Notes under the pieces: generated by a model
Database searches by the model: none
Told to the model about the DNA's origin: nothing
The model's input: the letters and a program-made list of their open reading frames with translations, nothing else
Program-made: the position numbers and the translations under genes
Source of the DNA: Planctomycetota bacterium
GTDB lineage: Bacteria > Planctomycetota > UBA8108 > SXIK01
Assembly (NCBI GenBank): GCA_965223845.1
Contig: CBDCXR010000004.1
Coordinates: forward strand, 6,208,001-6,272,000
Reading direction: 5' to 3'
Length of the DNA: 64,000 nt
Part shown: piece by piece, positions 10,603 through 21,078 of the stretch
Layout: each line of letters opens with the position of its first letter
How positions within the stretch are numbered: position 1 is the stretch's first letter

Positions 10603-10983
10603 ATGGACCGCGTGTGCCACTTCGAAATCCCGTACTCGGACAAAGAGCGAGCCGAGAAGTTCTACCACGGCGTCTTCGGCTGGCAGATCACTCACGTCCC
10701 GGAGATGTCGTACACGTTTGCGATCACAACCGAGGTCGACGAGCAGTTCATGCCAAAGAAGGTCGGCGGCATCAACGGCGGCATGTACGAGCGGACCGAA
10801 TCGGTGAGTCCGACCCCGGTGGTCGTGATCGAGGTTCCGTCTTGCGAGAAGCGGCTCGCGGAGGCGGAAGCCGCCGGCGGCGTGAGGATCAGCGATCCGG
10901 CGGAGGTGCCGGGGAAGGGCATCTACGCCATGCTCAAGGATCCCGAGGGAAACACCATCGGGCTTTGGCAGCCGCTCCACTGA
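10603..10983 (+). CDS. VOC/glyoxalase family protein
   Basis: MDRVCHFEIP...AEKFYHGVFGW...GINGGM...KDPEGNTIGLWQ; GGAG upstream of ATG 10603. Confidence 0.9.
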   Translation: MDRVCHFEIPYSDKERAEKFYHGVFGWQITHVPEMSYTFAITTEVDEQFMPKKVGGINGGMYERTESVSPTPVVVIEVPSCEKRLAEAEAAGGVRISDPAEVPGKGIYAMLKDPEGNTIGLWQPLH

Positions 10984-11001
10984 TCGCTCTTGCGCCGGCG
11001 T

Positions 11002-11565
11002 TCAATGGCCCCGCTCGTGCGCCTGCGTACGCTCGCGAGTCTTTTCGTCGAGCGCGGCGAGCGAGTAGCGAGGACCGAACAGCCGAACCGTTCCCTCCTC
11101 GATGGTGACGAGGATCGGACCGTGAAGCGCGCCGAGGAGTGGAACGCATTCGTAGGTCGCGGCGGAGTGCGAGGACTCACGGAGTGCGTAACCGGCGGAG
11201 AGGAGCGCGTCGTGCGCGAGCTCCGGTGTGACCTCCCGCGGCAGGTCTCTCCGATCGGGACGGTGCTGGAGATAGAGAAGAAGAAGCATGAGCGCGGTCG
11301 AGGCCAGGAAGATTCCTGCGATTCCGATCGGAGGAGGAAGGTCCAGGTGCTGGACCGCGCGCGCCCCGAGCGCGATCGTCGTGAAGAATCCACCTGAGAA
11401 GAGCGACGTGAGATTGCGCTTCGCCGCGATTCTCTTCTCGATCCGAGCCGTGAGCTCTGCGATCGAGGGAGACGAATCGCGCGTGGTCTGAGGGGCGTCG
11501 CCTCCGCCCGTATCGTGCTCTCCGATCGCGTCGCTTTGAAGCGAGAGCCTTCGTCCGATGTTCAT
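11002..11565 (-). CDS. Hypothetical membrane protein
   Basis: 187-aa ORF with two hydrophobic segments; no family recognised. Confidence 0.55.
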   Translation of the reverse strand: MNIGRRLSLQSDAIGEHDTGGGDAPQTTRDSSPSIAELTARIEKRIAAKRNLTSLFSGGFFTTIALGARAVQHLDLPPPIGIAGIFLASTALMLLLLYLQHRPDRRDLPREVTPELAHDALLSAGYALRESSHSAATYECVPLLGALHGPILVTIEEGTVRLFGPRYSLAALDEKTRERTQAHERGH

Positions 11566-11700
11566 GGTGTCGCCGTCGTGGTGACGATCCGGTTCTCGAT
11601 GGGTACCGCCTCAATGACGGATCGCGAGCCGAGGTCGTTGCAGAGGTCGCCTGCGACGCGCTTCTTCGCGTTCATGGGTTCCTCTCGAGGACACGACTCC

Positions 11701-12138
11701 TCAATTGTCGAGGGCGACTATGAAGAAGAAGTAAACGAAGAAGTTCGCAATCGCGACGCCGAGCGCGAGTCCGACCGCCGAGAGCCACGGGCGTGGTTCG
11801 CGCGTTCGGCGAAAGATCCAGACGGCCCAGGGGTAAAGGAGGAGCATGCTCGCGAGACCAGTGAGCACGCCGCCGGTCTGGAAATCGCGATTCCCCATGG
11901 CGCCTCCGATCAGAACCGATCCGCACGCGATGGTCGCGGGCAAGACGGCGACCGCGACCGATACGATGCGATGACCGATCAGCCGCCGCGTGATGCAGAG
12001 CTCCCACGGCTCGAGCTCGCGGGAACATTGCGGACAGGTGTGCGGTCGCCACACCGTAGGTGCGATGTCGAAGTGGCAACCCGGACAGTACCGCTGGCGA
12101 AGAATCGTCTCGGATTCGCGTTCAGCGCGTTCGGCCAT
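11701..12138 (-). CDS. Hypothetical zinc-ribbon membrane protein
   Basis: ATG 12138; CPGC...CPQC pairs followed by three hydrophobic helices; overlaps the end of the upstream gene by 17 nt. Confidence 0.65.
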   Translation of the reverse strand: MAERAERESETILRQRYCPGCHFDIAPTVWRPHTCPQCSRELEPWELCITRRLIGHRIVSVAVAVLPATIACGSVLIGGAMGNRDFQTGGVLTGLASMLLLYPWAVWIFRRTREPRPWLSAVGLALGVAIANFFVYFFFIVALDN

Positions 12139-15100
12139 CGTTCGCTTCGTTCGTTTCTCGCGGTGCGGCCGAGTTCGGGTCCTTCCCGAGACGAGTGAGA
12201 TTCGCCCGCGCCGGCGCAAAGCTCGGGTCGATCGCAAGGGCGCGCTCGAACGACTCCCGCGCCCGTTCGCGCTTTCCCCGGCGGAGCAGCAGAAGCCCGA
12301 GGTTGTTGTAAGGCTCCGGTACCCGGGAATCGAGCTCGATCGCGCGCTCGTACGCGACGATCGCCGCATCGAGATCGCCGAGCCGCCGGTAGACGACGCC
12401 GAGATTGTTGTAGACGTCCGAGAGATCGGGATCGAGCTCCCGTGCTCGCTCGAGAAGACGCCGGGCTTCTTCGTTCTCGTTCTCCGCGATCCGCACGCGC
12501 GCGAGGTTGTTGTGGGCGTTCGCGTTTCTCGGCTCGTGCCGAATCGCCGCGGCGAAGAACGGTGCGGCTTCTCGGACTCGCCCGCTCTTCGCGGTGAGAA
12601 CGCCGAGCGCATCGTACGCCTCTCCGTACGTCGGGCGTCGCTCGATCGCGTCGCGATACCAGCGCACGGCTTCTCGCGCAGCTCCGCGTCGCTCGGAGAG
12701 GACACCGAGATTGAAACTCGGCTCCGCGAAATCGTTTCGCAGCTCCCGGGCCCTCAGGAACGCCGCTTCAGCCTTGTCCCACTCGCCGTTCGCACCGGCC
12801 TCGCGAGTTCCCGCCTCGAGCGCGATCAGTCCGAGGTTGTTCCACGCCTCCGGAAAGTCGGGATTCCATTCGAGGAGCTCGCGATAGTGGCGCTCTGCGT
12901 CCGCGCGAGCACCCGCGAGGCGGAGGTCCGATGCGAGCTGAAAGCGTAGACGGGATTCCGCGAGGTGTCGGCTCGCCGCGATGCGCGGATGCGAGAGCGC
13001 GATCCCCTCGAGCGGCGCGGCGCGCCGGAATCGCTCGTTCGCATCTTCGGGCGTGCGCGCTGCGTCGGCGACCAAGGTCTCTGCATCCACCGGGCCTTTG
13101 TAGAGCGCGACCCATCGGCCGCGACCGTCGACGAGGAAGCTCGACGGGACCGGAAGCCGCGTGCTGAGCGGCAGCTGCGAATCGTGGAGGTGCTGAAGGA
13201 GACCGAGCACGGCCGGGGTCGCGCGCGCCCACGGAAACGCGAGGCGCAGTCGTTCCACCGCGCGCGGAGCCGCCTCGAGCGGCGTCGGATCGTCGCCCAC
13301 TCCGTCGACGCAGAGCGTGAGGACGCGGATTCGCGCTCGGTCGAACAATTCCTTCTGCTTCGTCCACGCGGCGAGTTCTTCGAGACAGGGAGCGCAGCGG
13401 CTCGACCAAAGGTTGAGTACGAGCGCTTCGCCGCTCCCGACGCGGAAGCCGGGCGATCCCGCCGGCGCGACCGCATCGAGGATTCCCTGCGGAAACGAGA
13501 CGAGGCTCACGAGCGGGATGCGGGCGGCAGCACGGGGCGCCTCCGGACGAGGACGCGAAGCGCGAAGCGCGAGCGCGTCGTTTCCCGGTGCCGCCGGGCG
13601 CGTCCACACCCGCGCGCGGCCCGCGCCTTGCTCGAGAACGAAGTGGCCGCCCGGCGACACCCCCTCGAACTCCTCGGTCGCGTTTTCTCGAGATCGCGTC
13701 GGCCACCGGACGCGAACGCGTTCGATCACCCGTGCCTCACCGTCCGGCGCGCGACCCAACCCGAAGTGGATCCACTTCGACGACTGCGAGAGGAATCCTT
13801 CGCCTGCGCGGAGTGTCTTCATGCGCGGTGCGTCTTCTCCCGCGACGAAGAGCTCGACCCGTGCGCCGATCGCATCTCGATTCGTTCCACTCGCGGTCGC
13901 GCGGAGTCGAAGCGCTGCGAAGTGATGGGCGATCGCCGCATCGACTTTCCCCGCGCCTCGGATGCGATTTCGGTAGAGACGAGCTCGCGGGGCGTTGCGG
14001 TTGGAAATCCAGAGGTCGAGATCGCCGTCGTGGTCCCAATCGACGAGTGCCACACCCCGCGAATCGTCCGGCGCGTCGAGACCGGACGCCCACGACACGT
14101 CCGCGAAGCGACCCGACGCACTTCCGAGGAAGCAACAATTGCGTTCCCGTGCGCTCCAAGACCGCCCTTCTTTCACCATCCGCGAGAGAGTGAAGAACGG
14201 GCTGAGCGCATCGCTCGCTCGATCGCCGACGTGGTCACGCGATGACGACACGACCTGTCGCCAGAAGAAGCTTCAGAGATCGCCGGTGTCTTCGGTCGTG
14301 ATGTATCCGTTCGCGACGATGAGATCCTCCCAGCCGTCGAGGTCGACATCGACGAAGTTCGAGCTCCACGCCCAGCGGCCGCGAAGGACGCCTGCGTCTT
14401 CGCTCACGTCTTCGAACGAACCATCGGGCGTCGCGCGAAGGAGGGTGTTCCCGCGGCTGAATCGCCGGAGGCGCGAGCGAACGTCTGCTCTCGAGTTCGG
14501 CTTGAACTCGGCCTGCCCGGTCACTCGGCTCCCCGCGGCCGAGAACATGTTGCTCACGTAGACGTCCATGCGGCCGTCGCGGTCGAAATCGGCCCAGGTC
14601 ACGGACATCCCCGAGGCGCTGTCCTCAGCGTTGCGAGCGGCGGCGACGTCGATGAAGCGCGCGGTGCCTGACTCCGCGAGTTGGTTCTCGTAGAGAGTGT
14701 TCCGCCCGAAGTCGTTCGCGACGTAGAGGTCGTCGTCGCCGTCCCCATCGTAATCCTCCCACGCGGCGGCGAAGCTGAATCGCCGGTTGTTTTCGTCGAG
14801 ACCGGACTCTTTCGTCGCGTCGGTGAACTGCCACTCTGTTCCGTTCGTGCGGTCGTTGCGAAAAAGTGTATTCGGAGCGCCGCTGTTCGCGTCGTGATAC
14901 ACGAAGTCCTCGCCCACTCCGATCGACACGATTCCGGATTCCTCCGCGAGGTCGCTCCGGTTGTAGCCGCAGACGTAGATGTCGAGATCGCCGTCGCGAT
15001 CGTAGTCCGCCGCAGCGAGTGAGAACGAGTCTTCGCACGTCGAGAGGGTCGCGCGAACGTCGAATCTCCCGCGCCCATCGTTGGCTGCGAGAACGAGCAC

Positions 15101-16240
15101 GTTCGTCGTTCCGGCGGCGAGATCCTGGTCGCCGTCGCCGTCGAGATCGACGAGGAGAACGCCACGCGTGCTCTCGAGCCAATCGACCCCGCTTTCACGG
15201 GACGCGTCCGTGGCCGTTCCGTCGAGATTCTGGCGGTAGAGGCGATTTGGGAGTCCACCCTCCTGGGAGAGAAAGAGATCGTCGAGTCCGTCCCCGTTCA
15301 CGTCGCCGACGGCGATTCCCGGCGTCCCGAGAAGATTGAACGAGCGACCGTCTTGGATGCGCTGCGCCCAGTGGTTGTAGCCGAAGAGGAGATGTTTCGA
15401 GTACGACTCGTTCGCGCCGAGGACCGAGGGTGTGACCTCCTCGAAGAGGGGTGCCGGCGCCTCCGTCTCCTCGTGTTCGCCGACCGCGATCGACGCGAGA
15501 CGAAGGTCTCCCGAGGGCGCGCGACGCCAGCGCGTGCGCCAGCGCGCGTGAATCTCGAGCGGTCCCGCAGCTCGCGTCGCGGCGATCGATACGTGCTCGG
15601 TGCTCGCGACCGTACCGCCTTCCTCGACGACGCGGACCACTTTCATCTCGACGCGCCGTTCGATCGCGCCGGCGAGGCGATCACGAAGCGGACGGAGCGC
15701 GGTGACGAAACGCGCGACACCGGCCGTTTCACTGCCGCCGCCATCGCTCTCGTCGGGGGCGGCAGGGGCCGCTCTCGCGCGTGCGACGGAAAAGTAGCCG
15801 GCCGCCGACGGCGCCGAGTCGACTTTCGGGCGGAGAGTCTCTCCGCGGAAGCCCGGGTCGATGATCCTCGCGAGATCCGTCGGCGGGGGCGCGCCGCGGG
15901 ACGAAATGAGCTCACCCACCTTCTTCAGCCGCGCTTTCACTTCGTCGTGGAGAGCTTCCGACGCCCAGCCATCGCGGGAGGGGTCATCGCGCTCGTCCCA
16001 TCCCGGGACATCGTCCGACTCCGGGAGCGCGATCAGCTCGCGAACGAGCTCGACGCTGCCTTCGGCGTTTTCGACCGGAGCGATCGACGGGGGCGGCGCG
16101 TCCGAGACCTTCTCTACCCCGCGGTCGCAGCCGCCGACGAGCGCAGCGCCGGCGATGAGGAGTCCGACCGTGCGCGCGACGCCGCCCCGACTCCTCAGAG
16201 GAAGTTCGAACGTATCGCCGGCTCGTCGTCTATCGCGCAT
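12122..16240 (-). CDS. CRTAC1-like FG-GAP / ASPIC-UnbV / thioredoxin-like / TPR lipoprotein with one in-frame TGA (codon 656, probable selenocysteine); shown as two ORFs in the track
   Basis: Lipobox-like LVGGC; many DxDxDGxxD repeats; ORFs 14273-16240 and 12122-14251 share a frame and are separated only by TGA at 14273-14275; then the ASPIC/UnbV motif (NRDAIGARV...GEGFLSQSSKWIHFGLG), LNLWSSRCAPC and C-terminal TPRs. Confidence 0.8.
14243..14263 (-). promoter_or_regulatory. Candidate bacterial SECIS hairpin
   Basis: mRNA UGA-AGCUUCUUC-UGGCGACA-GGUCG-UGUCGUCA: 8-bp stem (one G-U pair) with a GG-starting loop beginning 18 nt after the UGA. Confidence 0.6.
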
Positions 16241-16424
16241 GTCCCACCCGAACCGATTCTCGACCGTAGTCCCGAATCGAGCACGCCTCCGAAGGGGCTT
16301 CGCCCTCCTTCGATCTCACACCCTCGCTCTCTCCACTTCAATTCCGTTCTTCATTGTCTCGCGTCGTGTTCGCGTCGCACACTTTCGGGTGAATGTCGAC
16401 TCCCGCCTTCGCGAACGGTCGACG

Positions 16425-16465
16425 AAAAAAAGGGCGGCTCCCGATTCCTCGGAAGCCGCCCTTTT
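16425..16465 (-). terminator. Rho-independent terminator (possibly bidirectional)
   Basis: Minus strand AAAAGGGCGGCTTCCG-AGGAAT-CGGGAGCCGCCC-TTTTTTT, 20 nt after the stop of the LamG gene. Confidence 0.85.
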
Positions 16466-16484
16466 GCCGCTGCTTCGGATCAGC

Positions 16485-19400
16485 TCAGCACTTGTCGTAG
16501 AGATCGCAACCGAGCGAATCCGCGGGGCTCGGATCCGGGCCGCAGTCGGTTCCCTCCGGTCCGTGGCCGCCGATCGGCGGGGGGCCGTCTCCGAAGAGGC
16601 GATTGAGGCCGAAAATCGGATCGGCGATGTTGTACGCCGCGTCGCCGTTCACGTCCGCGGTCTCGGTACACGGCGGTGCACTGCCGTCGCCGAACAGGTC
16701 GTTCAGCATGAAGATCATGTCGGCGATGTTGACGGCGCCGTCGTTGTTGGCGTCGCCGCGACGGAACTCTTGGCCGCCGCCGTCACCCGTCACGGTGTCC
16801 GCGCCGGCCTCGAAGTTCCCTAGGACTTCGCTCCAGCTGAGCGCGCGGTCGTACAGACGAAACTCGTTGATCGATCCGTCGAGCATGGGATCGTCCCACT
16901 GCGAGCGCCCGAGCCAGTTGTTGAGCTCGAGCATGTCCGCGATCGAAAAGTGCGTATCATTCTGGTCGACCCGCGAACCGTCGACGAAGAGCGCAACTCG
17001 ACCTTCGTCGCCGTTCCAGACGACGACGATGTGCTGCTCGACGCCGTTCGGCATCGTCGCCGCGTTGAGTTGCCGCTCGACGCCCGTCGGGCCGTCACGA
17101 TAGCCGAAACGAAGCGAGTTTCCGCCGCTTCTCGGCGTGAGGAAGAGGTTGTACGTCGTCGCACCGCCATCGGAGAAGTCTTCGCCGCCGACGGAATTGC
17201 CGAGATCGAAGAGGCGCTGCCAAGCGGGAGAGAACGCATTCCCGTTCCAGGTTGCCCACAGCTCGAACGTGACGTTGTTCCCGAGCGCCGAGATCATCTC
17301 GTTCGGAAGATCGACGTAGGCGCCGGGCGGATCCGCGGGCGGTGACTGACCGTTGTCGTTCGAGCTCTGAGCGCCGGGGTTGTTGGTGAACACGGCCTGA
17401 CCGTCGAACGCGACCTCGCCGTAGCCTATCCCGTCCGCGCCGCCGTTCGCATCGGACGCGTCGGCCGTGAACGAGTATCGGTGCGCCGGACCGCTCGAGA
17501 GATCGGCGGGCATCACCGCATTCACCGTCCAGTTGACTTCCGCGGTTCCCTCCGAGTTGGTCGCCCTGACGCGAACCTCGAACGAAGCCGGTCGGGGGTC
17601 GGGAATCGTGTAGTTCACGAGACCGCCCGGCGTGACCGTCGCGCCGTCCGGAGACAGAGCTTCGACCGTCGGAACGGGGACTCCCGAGATCGAAAGTTGC
17701 CGAGCATAGACCGTTTCGGTCGGTCCGATCTCGTCCTCTGCCGGAACGCCGGTGATCTCGGGCGCGACGGGATCGAAGAAGTCACTGAACTCCGTATTGA
17801 AGTTGTGCTCGATCTCCGCGTCCCGGAGCGTGTCCGAGTGGATGCGGAGCCGCGCGATGGAGAGCGAGCCCTTGAGCGGAATGTTGACCGCGACGCCGTC
17901 CGGCTCGAGCTGGCCCGCCACCGTGATGCGCGTGCAGCAATGGGTGTCGATGGCGCCGACGCCGAGCTCCTCCTCGTTCTGGAGAACGCCGTCGGCGTAC
18001 ACCCGTGTCGTCGTTCCGTCGTAGGTATAAACGAGGTAATGCCAGATTCCCGCCTCGGGTGCGCCCGGTGTGAAGTCATTGTCGACCCAGCCGATGTCAG
18101 CGGTCGCGCCGCCCCAGTGTCCGATGGCGCCGAAGTTGCCGTGGTCCCCGTAGTTGAAGCTCATGTTCGAACCGTCGGGACCGCCGCGCCGTCCCCAAGC
18201 GACGATGGTCTCCTCGCTCGCGATCTCTGGGTTGTACACCCAGGCCTCGATCGATCGTTTCGGATCGGGGCCGATGATGCTTTCGGGCGCATTCTCGATG
18301 CTCTGGTAGAAGTCGTCGGTGAATCCGTCCGGCGGATTGAAGGTCACGGCGGCGACACCCTCGACCGTCTCGAGGAAGGGCTCACCGACTCGCTCGAAGT
18401 CGCCGGCCTCGCTGTCTTCGGCGAGATTGGTCCAGAAATCTTCGCCCGCCGATTCGTCGTCGGCGTCGAGGTGGACGACGAGCTGACCGGCGACCGCGAG
18501 CTGGCCCACCGGGGGAAGTCCCTCGCGCGAGACCGTCCACGATGCTTCCGTTTCGCCGGCTGAGTTCGATGCCTTGATCGTGATCTCGAAGGAACCCGGC
18601 TGCGGATCGGGAAGTGGGACCGAGAGCGAGCCGCGTCGCGCGAATTTGCCCGACTCCGTCAGAGACGTATTCGCGGGTGCCGCGACGATCTCGACCGACG
18701 GCAGCGGGAAGCCATCGACCGCGAACGTCGCCGTGTACTCCGCCTCCCCGGCGAGGTAGGTCTCGTCGTCCGGCACGCCCACAAAGACGGGCGCGACCGG
18801 CGTGATCGGGAAGTCTTCGCGCTCGAGCTCGTAGTTGTTGGCGATTTGCTCATCGGTAAGGACGCCGTCGTGGATGCGGAGGCGTCCGATCGAGAGCGAG
18901 CCCTTGAGCGGCAGATTGATCGCGATGCCGTCCGGCTCGAGCTGTCCGGCGACGGTGATGCGCGTCTCGCCGTGAGTATTGATCACACCCGGTCCCAGGA
19001 CCTCGTTGTTCGCGTCGCACTGCTCTTCGCTGATGCAACCATCGGCGTAGACGCGCGTCACCTCACCGTCGTAGGCGTAGACGAGGTGGTGCCACTGCCC
19101 CGCGACCGGCGCACCCGCGGTGAACGCGTTGTCGACCCAGCCGATGTCCGGGCCGTTGCCGCCCCAGTGGCCGATCGCGCCGAAGTTTCCGTGGAACCCG
19201 TAGTTGAAGCTCATGTTCGAGCCGTCGGGACCGCCGCGTCGTCCCCAGGAGACGATCGTCTCTTCCGACGCGATCTCCGGGTTGAACACCCAAGCTTCGA
19301 TCGTTCGCGTGGCGTCCACTCCAATGAGACCTTCCGACGCGAACTCGACGCTCTGATAGAAGTCGTCGGTGAAGTCGAAGTTGAAGGTGACGGCCGTAGC

Positions 19401-19622
19401 GCCGTTGATGTCCTCGACAAACGGCTCGCCGACTTTCTCGAAGTCGCCGACGGGGCTGTCGTCGACGAGGTTGATCCAAAAATCTTCGCCGGCGGATTCA
19501 TCTCCCGCGTCGAGGTCGACGACGAGATCTTCCGTCTCGAGCTGGGCGAAGGTGTCGCTCGGAACGAAGAACGTACCGAACGCGCACACTACGGCAATCG
19601 CGACCGCGCGATGTCGGTGCAT
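16485..19622 (-). CDS. Secreted LamG/concanavalin-A-like multidomain protein with C-terminal dockerin-like domain
   Basis: AAGGAGG RBS before ATG 19622; signal peptide; two near-identical LamG-like units (TIEAWV...WHHLVYAYDG...VYADG...LRIH) plus a third (TFELWATW...IVVVWNG...INEFRLYDRAL); ends FRRGDANNDG...ADVNGD. Confidence 0.85.
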   Translation of the reverse strand: MHRHRAVAIAVVCAFGTFFVPSDTFAQLETEDLVVDLDAGDESAGEDFWINLVDDSPVGDFEKVGEPFVEDINGATAVTFNFDFTDDFYQSVEFASEGLIGVDATRTIEAWVFNPEIASEETIVSWGRRGGPDGSNMSFNYGFHGNFGAIGHWGGNGPDIGWVDNAFTAGAPVAGQWHHLVYAYDGEVTRVYADGCISEEQCDANNEVLGPGVINTHGETRITVAGQLEPDGIAINLPLKGSLSIGRLRIHDGVLTDEQIANNYELEREDFPITPVAPVFVGVPDDETYLAGEAEYTATFAVDGFPLPSVEIVAAPANTSLTESGKFARRGSLSVPLPDPQPGSFEITIKASNSAGETEASWTVSREGLPPVGQLAVAGQLVVHLDADDESAGEDFWTNLAEDSEAGDFERVGEPFLETVEGVAAVTFNPPDGFTDDFYQSIENAPESIIGPDPKRSIEAWVYNPEIASEETIVAWGRRGGPDGSNMSFNYGDHGNFGAIGHWGGATADIGWVDNDFTPGAPEAGIWHYLVYTYDGTTTRVYADGVLQNEEELGVGAIDTHCCTRITVAGQLEPDGVAVNIPLKGSLSIARLRIHSDTLRDAEIEHNFNTEFSDFFDPVAPEITGVPAEDEIGPTETVYARQLSISGVPVPTVEALSPDGATVTPGGLVNYTIPDPRPASFEVRVRATNSEGTAEVNWTVNAVMPADLSSGPAHRYSFTADASDANGGADGIGYGEVAFDGQAVFTNNPGAQSSNDNGQSPPADPPGAYVDLPNEMISALGNNVTFELWATWNGNAFSPAWQRLFDLGNSVGGEDFSDGGATTYNLFLTPRSGGNSLRFGYRDGPTGVERQLNAATMPNGVEQHIVVVWNGDEGRVALFVDGSRVDQNDTHFSIADMLELNNWLGRSQWDDPMLDGSINEFRLYDRALSWSEVLGNFEAGADTVTGDGGGQEFRRGDANNDGAVNIADMIFMLNDLFGDGSAPPCTETADVNGDAAYNIADPIFGLNRLFGDGPPPIGGHGPEGTDCGPDPSPADSLGCDLYDKC

Positions 19623-19739
19623 GATCCAACCCTCCTTTGTTCGGCGCTGATTTCGCGCTTCCGGCAGAATCAGCGAAGAGATTTCAGCCCGCTTCGTTGC
19701 GTAGGCGACAAAGATCCTGGACCCTCGACCAGACCCGCC

Positions 19740-19769
19740 ATCGTAGGCCCAGTCGGCGGGAGCCGTCAA
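19740..19769 (-). promoter_or_regulatory. Sigma-70-like promoter for the LamG gene
   Basis: Minus strand TTGACG-N18-TACGAT about 120 nt upstream of the start. Confidence 0.45.
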
Positions 19770-19967
19770 TCGACGGATTGTCCAGGGCGCAGGATCGCAG
19801 AGGCGGTCGGACGCCCGGTTCCGCGATTCCGTGTTCGATCCACGTGCGCTAAGCCCCGCGATCGGTGGTTCGTGAACTGTTTCGCGGCGTTGGGCCCCGC
19901 AGCTTCTCGAAGGGAAATCGTCCGTCTCGAGTTGCCGCGGATCGACGACCCCGACTCCGTCAGAAGA

Positions 19968-20906
19968 CTAAAACAACCGCAGCGACTCGGAGTAACGGAG
20001 ATTCTCGCGGAGCTGTCGTGGGCTCCGCATTCCGACGAGAGCACTCGCCACTCCGGGGCGCGCGAGGGCGCCCGCGATCGCGACGGCCGCTGGCGGCAGC
20101 CCGTTCGCCTGAGCGCGCGCGATCGAGCCGCGGGCGCGTGCGACGATCTCCGCGTTGGCCTCGGCGTCGAAACGTCGGTCGCGCCGGCGAAGGTCCCGGC
20201 GACCGAGTCCCGCCACCGTCGTTCGTCCCGCGAGAAGCCCGCGAGCGAGGATGTCGAATGCGACGATCGGAATGCCTTCCCGTTCCGCGAGCGCGATCGT
20301 CTTCGACGAGTCTCGCGCGACGTTCTCGTACTCGGCGGCGTAAGCCTCGAGAGTGTTCACCGGATGCTGAATGATCGCGGGTCGGAGAGCCCGTTCGGGC
20401 GAACCGCTCTCTCCGAGCAAGACGCCGAGCTGCGCGGCGGTGACATTCGACACTCCCCACGCACCGACGAGCCCGCGAAGTCGCAAATCCTCGAGGGCGC
20501 CGCAGCTCTCGCTCACCGGTACGCCGGCATCGGGCCAGTGAAGGAGATAGAGCTCGATCCGGTCGCGCCCGAGTCGACGGAGCGATTCCTCACACTGCCG
20601 CGAGAGCGACTCGGGACGTGCGTCGTGGCGGACGCGCCGGTGATCGTCCCAGGTGAGGCCGCCCTTCGAGACGACGACCGGCCCGGCTGCGCGACCGAGC
20701 GCCTTCCCCAAGAGTTCTTCTGACCGACCGAAGCCGTAGACCGGGGCGGTGTCGAAGAGGTTGATCCCGGCGTCGAGCGCCTCCGCGATCGCTTCGCGCG
20801 CGGGTGCGGCGGGCGTCTTCCCCCAGCCGTGACCGCCGAGTTGCCATCCGCCGAAACCGAGCTCGGAGATGCGGAATTCAGTGCGTGGGACGGGGACGGT
20901 CTTCAA
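19968..20906 (-). CDS. Aldo/keto reductase
   Basis: ISELGFGGWQLGG, FDTAPVYGFGRSEELLG, SKGG, SLRRLGRDRIELYLLHWPD, GVSN; TTG start at 20906 inferred. Confidence 0.88.
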   Translation of the reverse strand: MKTVPVPRTEFRISELGFGGWQLGGHGWGKTPAAPAREAIAEALDAGINLFDTAPVYGFGRSEELLGKALGRAAGPVVVSKGGLTWDDHRRVRHDARPESLSRQCEESLRRLGRDRIELYLLHWPDAGVPVSESCGALEDLRLRGLVGAWGVSNVTAAQLGVLLGESGSPERALRPAIIQHPVNTLEAYAAEYENVARDSSKTIALAEREGIPIVAFDILARGLLAGRTTVAGLGRRDLRRRDRRFDAEANAEIVARARGSIARAQANGLPPAAVAIAGALARPGVASALVGMRSPRQLRENLRYSESLRLF

Positions 20907-21078
20907 GGCGATCTCGAGGCTCGTTCGGTGAGCCCCGATTGTAACGAAGCGAGTCACCCGTCGACTCTCCCGGAGAGCGGGCCCGAGCGGTCGCGCGCTT
21001 CGAGGCCGCGAGTCTCGGCGGGTAGGGCCGAGGGAGTGGGGGCGGGAGCGGCGCCACGCGTCTTCTCCCAATCGATGC

